A stretch of DNA of 64,000 nt, taken from NCBI GenBank assembly GCA_964602915.1, contig CAZRTB010000004.1:84149-148148 (forward strand), given 5' to 3'. The stretch's first letter is position 1, and the number at the start of each line of letters is the position of its first letter. Below the pieces are notes generated by a model. The model was given only the letters and a program-made list of their open reading frames with translations. It had not been told where the DNA came from and searched no databases. Below, one piece after another: positions 19,550 to 27,861 of this stretch. The translations under genes and the position numbers were made by a program. The stretch comes from an uncultured Gammaproteobacteria bacterium. GTDB lineage: Bacteria; Cyanobacteriota; Vampirovibrionia; 2-02-FULL-35-15.

Positions 19550-20614
19550 ATGAAAGCTGAGAGAGTTATAGGAATTGATTTAGGTGGGACAAATGCAAGA
19601 TTTTGGATTTCAAGACCAGATGAAAAAGGTGGTAATCCTGTACAAGAATTAAAATTCATCTGCAAAGACCACAAAAGCTTAGAAGAAATTGTACAAAAAG
19701 TTAGATCAGAATCCGGAGCAAGCATAAGCAGGTTATGCGCCGCAGTAGCAGGACCAGTTTCCAGCGATGGAGACAGCGTAAAACTTACTAATTTGCCTTG
19801 GCCTACTATTACTAGAGAATCACTAGCTTCTGCTATAGGAGTTACAGATATTTCAGCAATAAAAATCATTAATGATTTCGCTGGAATAGGGTTTGGGATC
19901 CCTGTTTTAAAAAACGAAGACATACACCATTTTGAATGGTCTGGAAAAGTAAATCCTAACGAACCGATTAGATCAATGAAGAAATGGGCTATTATTGGAC
20001 CAGGAACAGGTGTAGGAAAAGGCAAATTGTTTTTTCTTGGCGATAAAGTAGTTTATTCTGATTCAGAAGGAAGTCACGCTAATTATGCTCCAGTTGGAAG
20101 AACAGGAGTAAATTTTTTAAAATATTTAATTGATAATAGGAGTTTTAATTTTGTTTCACAAGAAACCGTTTTAAGAGGCACAGGATTAAAACTTTTATAT
20201 GATTTTGTAAGAGATAATTCTCAACAAAGAAGTATAGATCCAGAATGGCTTACTTCATCAGAAGATCCTAGTGCTGAAATAACAAAACGTGCAAAGGATG
20301 GCTCAGATAGACTTTGCGACTCAGCACATAAATTGTATGAAAGCATTCTAGGGTCTGTAGTTGGAAATGATGCTATGGATATGAAAGGTGGAGTTATACT
20401 AGCAGGTGGAATTACACCAAAAATTGTTGATCGACTAATACCACCCACCTCACCATTTGCAATGTCTTATCTTTATAGAGAGAGTGGAAACTTTGTAGAA
20501 TTAGCAAAAAGGTTACCTGTAATTGCAATCTTAAATGATAGAGTTGGAGTAATGGGTGCTACTGAATCAGCAAAACCTATCAATGATGGTAATTACGAAT
20601 TAATCACTGCTTAA
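19550..20614 (+). CDS. Second, divergent glucokinase-family protein
   Basis: DLGGTNAR, INDF, GPGTGVG, SEGSH, ETVLRGTGL, GGITPKI. Confidence 0.85.
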   Translation: MKAERVIGIDLGGTNARFWISRPDEKGGNPVQELKFICKDHKSLEEIVQKVRSESGASISRLCAAVAGPVSSDGDSVKLTNLPWPTITRESLASAIGVTDISAIKIINDFAGIGFGIPVLKNEDIHHFEWSGKVNPNEPIRSMKKWAIIGPGTGVGKGKLFFLGDKVVYSDSEGSHANYAPVGRTGVNFLKYLIDNRSFNFVSQETVLRGTGLKLLYDFVRDNSQQRSIDPEWLTSSEDPSAEITKRAKDGSDRLCDSAHKLYESILGSVVGNDAMDMKGGVILAGGITPKIVDRLIPPTSPFAMSYLYRESGNFVELAKRLPVIAILNDRVGVMGATESAKPINDGNYELITA

Positions 20615-20717
20615 CTTAAATTTTATCCCAGACAAGTGCTGTAATACGAGATATTTTCTTTGAAAATTACTCTTTATAAGGTAATATATTATTCCTGCAG
20701 TTTATAGAGGAAAAACA

Positions 20718-21401
20718 ATGTCAAAAGCAATTTTAATTAAAGCAAAAGAAAAAGAAAACAAAAATCCAAATTCAATCAGACGTGAAGGTTATGTACCAGC
20801 GACTGTATATGGTCACAGTTTCAAATCAATTTCAGTTCAGGTAAATGCTAAAGAATTTTCTACAATTCCACACAGAGAATACTCACACATAAATGAGCTA
20901 GAGCTAGAAGGAAAAGAAAAATTCCCGATAATTATTAGAAATGTTCAAAAAGACCCTGTTAGAGACAATATATTAAACATTGAGTTTTATAAAATCAATG
21001 AAAAAGAGAAAATTAAAATCAGAGTTCCTCTTAACTACACAGGTCACTCTGAAGCAGTTACAAAAGGTGGTATTTTAATCGTATCTTTAACTGAAGTAGA
21101 CATTCAATGCTTACCAAAAGATATTCCAGACATGATTGACATAGATTTAGGTGTAATCACAGAAATTGGACAAGCTCTCCATGCTGGTGATTTAAAAGTT
21201 TCAGAAGGTATTACTATCATAAATAAAAAAGAAGAAGTCTTAGCCAAAGTAGAAGTTGCTAAGACCCACGAAGTTGAAACAGCACAACCTACAGTTGCCG
21301 CGACTACAGCTCCTGGAGCACCTGCTACTGCAACTGCTGAAGCACCTAAAGCTGATGCTAAAGAAGCACCTAAAGCTGATGCTAAACCTGCCAAGAAATA
21401 A
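20718..21401 (+). CDS. rplY: 50S ribosomal protein L25/CTC (long form)
   Basis: RREGYVPATVYGH, VQKDPV..HIEF-like motif, C-terminal TL5 domain, Ala/Lys tail with 24-nt duplication (EAPKADAK x2). Confidence 0.93.
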   Translation: MSKAILIKAKEKENKNPNSIRREGYVPATVYGHSFKSISVQVNAKEFSTIPHREYSHINELELEGKEKFPIIIRNVQKDPVRDNILNIEFYKINEKEKIKIRVPLNYTGHSEAVTKGGILIVSLTEVDIQCLPKDIPDMIDIDLGVITEIGQALHAGDLKVSEGITIINKKEEVLAKVEVAKTHEVETAQPTVAATTAPGAPATATAEAPKADAKEAPKADAKPAKK

Positions 21402-21404
21402 TTA

Positions 21405-21671
21405 ATGGAATTCCCATTCCCTTGTCTTAAATGTAAAAACCCTATTTGCAGAAGAGCATATAATTTAAATCTTGCTATGGGATATATAGAAGAGCAGTTT
21501 TGTTTAAATTGTTTATCAGAAACGCACAACCAGACAAAAGAGGATTTATTTGACTATATCTTTGATTACATTCAAAGTAGAAATTGTTTTAAAAAAGAAT
21601 GGGATAAAATGACTTCTAAGAATGAATGTCCACTACCAGATAAATGTGTCATAGGAAAATGTTTTAAATGA
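21405..21671 (+). CDS. Small Cys-rich hypothetical protein (88 aa, 9 Cys)
   Basis: CxxC..C, CxxC, C, CPxxxxCxxxxC; ATGA overlap with tusA-like gene. Confidence 0.75.
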   Translation: MEFPFPCLKCKNPICRRAYNLNLAMGYIEEQFCLNCLSETHNQTKEDLFDYIFDYIQSRNCFKKEWDKMTSKNECPLPDKCVIGKCFK

Positions 21672-21913
21672 ATAATAGTGAACCCACTTTAAAACTTGAT
21701 TTGCGTGGTGTTCCATGCCCATTAAACTTTGTCAAAACAAAGCTACAATTAGATAAAATAAATTCAGGCGAGATACTAGAAGTTATTTTAGATTCTGGCG
21801 AAGCAATTGAAAGCGTCCCACCAAGCATAAAAGAAGAAGGTCATAAGATTTTAGAGATAAAAGAAATAGAAAATTATTTCAAAGTAATCATTGAAAAGTC
21901 AAACATTCTCTAA
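21668..21913 (+). CDS. tusA: TusA/SirA-family sulfur carrier protein
   Basis: LDLRGVPCPLNFVKTK motif. Confidence 0.88.
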   Translation: MNNSEPTLKLDLRGVPCPLNFVKTKLQLDKINSGEILEVILDSGEAIESVPPSIKEEGHKILEIKEIENYFKVIIEKSNIL

Positions 21914-22918
21914 TTAATTTATTTGACTACTTCTCTTTAATTTCGAAAGAGCAATTAAAGAGTCAGTAACAGTACGGTCTATATCTTCAGATTTAACTCT
22001 AATAGCATAATTAGTGTCATAACATCCATATCCTTTAACATTAACTGTCCTAAAAATTGAACTTAAAAGTGCAACTGCTGAATCTATTAATTCTTCATCA
22101 TATTCTTTTTTAGAAACACCGATTATAACTCCCTTAGAATTAAGCTCATTACTCAGAGCAGGAATAACTAAATTTGCAATTGACTGAATAATATTTATAG
22201 CACCCATACGAACACTATCATCTTTATGTTTCAGACCTACTTCATTTGATGTTAGAACAGCTAAAACATAGCCAGGATCAGCATGCTGAAGGACAGAAGC
22301 TATAGCAATTTCATCTCTATATGGCTTCATTTTACGGAAATTTCTTCTTTCATTATTAGCAATTATTCTTTCTTCTCTTGCTTTAACAGCTTCTGGAGAC
22401 ATGTCCATTTCTGAACCTAAATCATCTAAATTAATTGAAGACTCATTATTATTTTCAGGTTCTAACTTTCTTTTTTCAGCATATTCTGCTTCTCTTTGTT
22501 CAATTTGAATTCTCAGAACCTTAAGCATAGCTTCAATGAGTCTTTCTCTTTTTGTTTGCGGGAAAAAAGATGGTGAATCATAATTAGAAGCAAAGCGACT
22601 AACCTGCCTATTAAATCTATGAAAAGGTGGATTGGTGAACATTTTTTGCCATGGACTTACCAAAGATCCAAGTTCAGTAAAATATTTAATTGCTTGTTCT
22701 CTTGGAGTGTCACAATCATTAGGAGTTGATATTAAAGTTCTTTCATCACCAGCATTAGATAATTCTTTTGGTAGGTTATAAAAAGCAACTACACCATCTT
22801 GTATATCACTAGGTGTGCCAACACATTTTCTCAACCACCCTAAGCCACGTCTATACTTATGACTTAGTGCTAAATATGGTGCACTATCGGGATTTATTCC
22901 TAGTTTCTGTAATGTCAT
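21914..22918 (-). CDS. Hypothetical protein (334 aa) with charged coiled-coil segment
   Basis: Long ORF; no signal peptide; TTGACT box upstream. Confidence 0.8.
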   Translation of the reverse strand: MTLQKLGINPDSAPYLALSHKYRRGLGWLRKCVGTPSDIQDGVVAFYNLPKELSNAGDERTLISTPNDCDTPREQAIKYFTELGSLVSPWQKMFTNPPFHRFNRQVSRFASNYDSPSFFPQTKRERLIEAMLKVLRIQIEQREAEYAEKRKLEPENNNESSINLDDLGSEMDMSPEAVKAREERIIANNERRNFRKMKPYRDEIAIASVLQHADPGYVLAVLTSNEVGLKHKDDSVRMGAINIIQSIANLVIPALSNELNSKGVIIGVSKKEYDEELIDSAVALLSSIFRTVNVKGYGCYDTNYAIRVKSEDIDRTVTDSLIALSKLKRSSQIN

Positions 22919-23168
22919 AGTTTTTATTATATTGATCTTATTAGTATATATTTAATCAACGAATAAAGTAAAAGTCAAGAAGTAAATTTAAATACTTTAT
23001 TTTTAGATGTTTTTAAAAGTACCCTGTAATAAAGTATTGTCATGCATAATTTATTAGTTTTTCACCTGTTAATGTAAGAGCCTGCAAGTTATAATATTAG
23101 CCTAGGTTTAGACCTGGATGAATTCTGATCCTTTAGTTCTTTGATTTTTATCCCTGAGATCTTCTCAT

Positions 23169-23242
<74 letters not shown>

Positions 23243-23310
23243 TATTTTAAAATACACCTATGAACTTAGGTACCTAGCTCAAGTTCTTCATTAACTTAAT
23301 ACTATCTCAA

Positions 23311-23463
23311 TTATTCAGGAAACAAATTAGTAATTCTGACAAATGCTGATTGTAAGGCATTTCCTAGCCCACCCACTACAGCGGCAGTAGCAACAACAAA
23401 GCCTACCCCCATCAGTATTGAATATTCTGCTGGTGAACTTCCATCTTCATCTAAAAAAAACAT
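23311..23463 (-). CDS. Flp family (type IVb/Tad) pilin, 50 aa, absent from ORF track
   Basis: Manual translation MFFLDEDGSSPAEYSILMGVGFVVATAAVVGGLGNALQSAFVRITNLFPE; G/xxxxEY prepilin motif then hydrophobic helix; GAGG SD. Confidence 0.85.
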   Translation of the reverse strand: MFFLDEDGSSPAEYSILMGVGFVVATAAVVGGLGNALQSAFVRITNLFPE

Positions 23464-23640
23464 ATTTCCTCATTTCACTTTTACATCAAAATCCACCACA
23501 ATAACCTTAGTAAGATTTTTCACACAATATAAAGCATATAAACTGGTACAAATGATTGAAATGGTTTTACACAATGATTACAATAGTTTAATATATTGAT
23601 TAATTAGTTTAATCTAGTCTTAAATTTCGAGGTATTTCCC

Positions 23641-24435
23641 ATGAGAAATTTTGAAAAATTTAAAAAAAGAATTCAAAAGGAATTTTTCAGCCATCCAGTT
23701 ATAGTAAAAAATCCCTACACTAAATGGTTTAAGAAAGGGAGTGCAAATACTGAACAAGTAAAAGACTTAATTCTTCAATTTTCTGTTTTTTCTAACCATT
23801 TCATTGTAGTGCAAGCAAAAAGAATGGTAAATGCTGAGACTATTGAAGGTGAGATTTCATCCAGAGCCATCTTACTCAACGAATGTGGTGTTGGCATGAA
23901 TATAAAGACAGGAAGTATTGAAGGACAGAGATTCACCACTACAAATGCTCATATTAACTGGCTCAGAAAAGTAGCCGAAGTGTTAAAAATAAATCCAAGA
24001 ACTGTTGGAAGATGGGATACAGGGACGAAAGCTACTCATGATTTCTTAAGAGGATTAGATAAAACTTATGGAAGCCATGATGGTCAGATAGGCTCTGGTG
24101 CTAGCTTTGCCATAGAGACCTGGGCGGCATATGGCATTGGCAAAGGAAAAAAAGCTGAATCTAACAATTTCTGGATGGAACTTACAGATGGATTAGAAAC
24201 ATACAATAAGAAGTACAGAACCATTAAAAACTTAAAACCCATTCCACTAGGATTTTTTAAATATCATTTTGAAACTGAAGCCGGGCATGGAACTAATGTC
24301 TGGAATGAATTAGAAGAAACATTTGAAAATCCTGGATTTAATGAAGAAAAATACATTAGCTCTGGGAAAATTGCTCTAGAGTCAATTTATACATTTTGGC
24401 TTGGATTAGATGAAACAAGAAAAAAATTAGCTTAA
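23641..24435 (+). CDS. Heme-oxygenase-like (PqqC/CADD-type) diiron enzyme
   Basis: SHPV..NPY..WF N-terminus, NE..(loop)..AH, AIE, HFETEAGH ligand pattern; GAGG SD. Confidence 0.75.
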   Translation: MRNFEKFKKRIQKEFFSHPVIVKNPYTKWFKKGSANTEQVKDLILQFSVFSNHFIVVQAKRMVNAETIEGEISSRAILLNECGVGMNIKTGSIEGQRFTTTNAHINWLRKVAEVLKINPRTVGRWDTGTKATHDFLRGLDKTYGSHDGQIGSGASFAIETWAAYGIGKGKKAESNNFWMELTDGLETYNKKYRTIKNLKPIPLGFFKYHFETEAGHGTNVWNELEETFENPGFNEEKYISSGKIALESIYTFWLGLDETRKKLA

Positions 24436-25205
24436 GTAGTTAAAGACCTTTTCTTCGAATAATCAATCATCATCTGTTCACATTTATTTATATCTTCTTC
24501 TGTTATTTCCCACAATTTTCTTTTATTTACAATCGATTGAATTTTTGTAAAAAGTTCATGATCTAAAAACGGTGTAACAGATCCTTTTTGATTCTCATTT
24601 TCTTTTTCTTGATACAAACCGAGGAAAGTCCTATCTCTAAACCATGACTCTCTATTATGTTCTTCTAACTTTTTAAGAAGTTCTTTATTTGGATTCCTTT
24701 GTACAAACTCAAAGAAGAATCCACTTGGATCTGTACCAGGAAGATACCATTCACCACTAAAGACCTGAATAACATCTTCATGTTCATCCTGCAAGATTGG
24801 GGTTATAAAATTTACACCTCTTTCTCTGGCATATGTATGAAAAGCTAAAAGATCTGATGTCATAAGAGCTACGTGCTGAAAATGAACAGTTGCAGAATGT
24901 TTTGTAAGTAAATCTCTAGAATGTGAGTGCTGATATTTTGGTTCAGAAGGTTGAACTATAGCAAATATAGTATTTTGAAGCATTTCATCACTTACATTTC
25001 CTTTACCTACTCTAACAGCAAATGTCATAGATTCCTCACCAAGTCCATCAACCCATTCTTTTCTTTTTTCATAAATAAGATCTTCAGGTGACACTCCAAA
25101 AATTGTTTTGAAAATTACATATGCAGTATTATACATTTCAGGATCCACATGAATTGTCATATGATCAACATGAAAGTTTAAAAAACTATGTTTTCTACTT
25201 GGCAT
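24432..25205 (-). CDS. 4-hydroxyphenylpyruvate dioxygenase-like protein, catalytic C-domain only
   Basis: VDH, QHVAL, QVFS, FFEFVQR (2-His-1-Glu), C-terminal helix resembling FGxGNFxALF; in operon with hmgA. Confidence 0.8.
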   Translation of the reverse strand: MPSRKHSFLNFHVDHMTIHVDPEMYNTAYVIFKTIFGVSPEDLIYEKRKEWVDGLGEESMTFAVRVGKGNVSDEMLQNTIFAIVQPSEPKYQHSHSRDLLTKHSATVHFQHVALMTSDLLAFHTYARERGVNFITPILQDEHEDVIQVFSGEWYLPGTDPSGFFFEFVQRNPNKELLKKLEEHNRESWFRDRTFLGLYQEKENENQKGSVTPFLDHELFTKIQSIVNKRKLWEITEEDINKCEQMMIDYSKKRSLTT

Positions 25206-26424
25206 CTTTACCTCTTTCCATATCAGCCTTGTACCAGCTTAAACAATATTCTTTATCAGAATATTTATATCCCTCCTCTGTAACTTTTAAGCTTTCAAAG
25301 AATGTATCTATCATTACAGCAAGTCTTTTATTCATCTTTGATCTGTTATTTGTAGATCTCAATGCCGCATTACCATGTGGACTGTGTGGAAGGGAACCTG
25401 GATGAAAAGTTATAGAGCCTTCCTCAATAAATCCTTCTCTTGCTCCATAAGAAGCATTTGAGAAGAACATAACTTCATCAGAGTCTACATTAGAATGTGC
25501 AAATGGTGCAGGGATATCTTTTTCATGCCATCCTTCCATCTGAGGAGCAAATGAACATATTGAAAAACCATTAAACGGTGCGCTCCCAGACTGAAATGTC
25601 TGATGAGCAGGAGGTGCTGTATGAATCTGGCGTGCTATTCCATGATGATTTTTAATATCAAAAGCAAATGGATATAGTGCTCCTTCCCAGCCAATAACAT
25701 CAAATGGATGATGATCAAAAGTTAGTTTTGAGACTAACCCTTGTGAATGCTTTGCATAAATAAAATATTTATCTTTTTTATCAATCGGATCCTTGAGTTC
25801 AGGAGATTCTATTTCTGTTTCTACAACAGGAGCAGTAAGTACTGCCTGTCCAGAACTATTTAAATAATGTGGAGGAAAGTCTATCGGAAAGGTAGACTCC
25901 ACAATAAAGAAATAAGCATTTTTAGAACTTAATACAATCTGATAAATTGTACCTTTTGGAATTATTAAATAATAACCTTTTTTAAAGCTTATATCTCCAA
26001 AATCAGTTTTTAATATCCCTTCACCATCCTGAACAAAATAAGCTTCATGTTTTTCACCATTTTTAAAAAATGTATTTTCAGTCATACTTTCAGAAGGTTT
26101 AGATACAGAGATAATTGTACTTAAACCAAATAATAGTGGTTTCCTCGAGGTAAGAGAACATCCTTCAAATGGAATCTGATTAGTTTTTATATGATAAGGT
26201 TTCAACAAATCATCACTTGATTCTTTGACTAAGAAATTAAAGTCTGCTCTTATAGGCATAGAAGTTTGAACTGTAGGATAATTCCTAACATGTAGTTTTC
26301 TAGAAAATGATCCACTAAATCCATAACATCCATGGATTTCTTCTAGAGCCAGCACATCAGGAATAGCATAAAACTCTGTATGAGGTGTTCTTGGTAAATT
26401 CCCTTTTTTTATAATTTGTGACAT
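25195..26424 (-). CDS. hmgA: Homogentisate 1,2-dioxygenase
   Basis: HHPFDVIGWEG, HTAPPAHQTF, PFAHSNVDSDEVMF, HPGSLPHSPHG, AVMIDTF. Confidence 0.9.
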   Translation of the reverse strand: MSQIIKKGNLPRTPHTEFYAIPDVLALEEIHGCYGFSGSFSRKLHVRNYPTVQTSMPIRADFNFLVKESSDDLLKPYHIKTNQIPFEGCSLTSRKPLLFGLSTIISVSKPSESMTENTFFKNGEKHEAYFVQDGEGILKTDFGDISFKKGYYLIIPKGTIYQIVLSSKNAYFFIVESTFPIDFPPHYLNSSGQAVLTAPVVETEIESPELKDPIDKKDKYFIYAKHSQGLVSKLTFDHHPFDVIGWEGALYPFAFDIKNHHGIARQIHTAPPAHQTFQSGSAPFNGFSICSFAPQMEGWHEKDIPAPFAHSNVDSDEVMFFSNASYGAREGFIEEGSITFHPGSLPHSPHGNAALRSTNNRSKMNKRLAVMIDTFFESLKVTEEGYKYSDKEYCLSWYKADMERGKDAK

Positions 26425-26427
26425 TTG

Positions 26428-27366
26428 TTATTTTGTAGCAGTAGCTTTACTGTAATTAAGCTCTCGACCAACTCCCATTGTTCCAATCTTATTCCTTAAA
26501 ACACCAAGCTTACCAACCTCAAGCTCAATCACGTCACCTTCTTTTATCCACCTATCCAAATCAAGTCCACAGCCTTTATAAAAGGTACCTGAACCTAAGA
26601 TATCTCCAGGAAAAATATTTTCTTCTTGAGAGACGTGAGAAATCATAATTGGAAATCCCCAATACTGATCGCCAAAACTACCTTGAGACCAAACTTCACC
26701 ATTTACTTTTACAGTCATTTGTAAATCTTTTGTCGAATCAATTTCATCTTTTGTTACCAAATAAGGACCAAAAGAATTTGCAAAATCTTTACTCTTTGCA
26801 GGTCCCATCAAAAGAGACATTTCTTTTTTTTGAATATCTCTTGCTGAGAAATCATTAAAGATCATATAACCAAAAATATGTTCTTCTGCTTTTTCAATTG
26901 GGATATCTTTCCCTGCTTTGCCTATGACACAGGCAATTTCACATTCAAAGTCTAATTTTCTTGTATAAAAAGGCCATTTAATCTCGTCATCTAAACCAAA
27001 TATCTGCCTATGATTACCCTTATAATATGCAGGGATTTCATACCACTCTTTAAGTAACTCTACTCCTCTTCTTTTTGCACCTGCTTTAGCATGAGCTTCA
27101 AATGCAAAAAAATCTTTTAATGATGGTGGATTTAAAAGTGGTGCTTTTATTTGGACTTCATTTATAGAGATAGCTCCATCTGAAGGTAGTGTTTTAATAA
27201 GCTCACTTGCTATTTTTAAATGTTTATCACCACCCTGAATAAAGGTAAGCATATCAGAAGGAAGATTCCCAGATGAAGCAATATTTAAATCTAAAATTCT
27301 TTCATCAACTAAAACACCAATAGATAATTTATTTGTGTTTTTATTTAAGTACGTCAACAATCTCAT
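26428..27366 (-). CDS. Fumarylacetoacetate hydrolase family protein
   Basis: DFFAFEAH, LDFECEIA, NDFSARDIQ, KSKDFA, GDILGSGT. Confidence 0.92.
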   Translation of the reverse strand: MRLLTYLNKNTNKLSIGVLVDERILDLNIASSGNLPSDMLTFIQGGDKHLKIASELIKTLPSDGAISINEVQIKAPLLNPPSLKDFFAFEAHAKAGAKRRGVELLKEWYEIPAYYKGNHRQIFGLDDEIKWPFYTRKLDFECEIACVIGKAGKDIPIEKAEEHIFGYMIFNDFSARDIQKKEMSLLMGPAKSKDFANSFGPYLVTKDEIDSTKDLQMTVKVNGEVWSQGSFGDQYWGFPIMISHVSQEENIFPGDILGSGTFYKGCGLDLDRWIKEGDVIELEVGKLGVLRNKIGTMGVGRELNYSKATATK

Positions 27367-27429
27367 ATTAATAATTATTTTAACAATAATTTTATATAAA
27401 AAAAGAGAATGTTAAGTTCTTACAATTCA

Positions 27430-27771
27430 CTAACCACAATCAATAGGATAACCAGATTGAATCCAGGCTTTTATCCCACCATCAATTACAATTAAATCTT
27501 TATACCCTATAGACTCTAAATATTCTGCGGCTTTTAATGCTCTTTTTCCAATTCCACACAAATAATAAGAAGGCTTTTCTTTTTCTATTAAACTCATCTT
27601 CTCCATAAACTCAGATAAAGGCACTAGCTTAGAATCCTTTATCCTTGCAGATTGATACTCGGGCACTTCACGCACATCAACAATCTGACACTCAGCACCT
27701 TTATCCAGAAGTGCTTTTAACTCTTCAACAGAACAATATTTAATAGTATTTCCCATATTTACATCCTTCAA
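27430..27771 (-). CDS. Single-domain rhodanese
   Basis: IVDVRExxEY, CGIGKRA active loop, DGGIKAW. Confidence 0.9.
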   Translation of the reverse strand: MKDVNMGNTIKYCSVEELKALLDKGAECQIVDVREVPEYQSARIKDSKLVPLSEFMEKMSLIEKEKPSYYLCGIGKRALKAAEYLESIGYKDLIVIDGGIKAWIQSGYPIDCG

Positions 27772-27861
27772 TATAATTATATATTGATTTAATACATAAA
27801 TACACTGATTTTTCTAAGAAAATTAAAGAGCTATATTTCAAATTAAAAGTAAAATTAAGTA

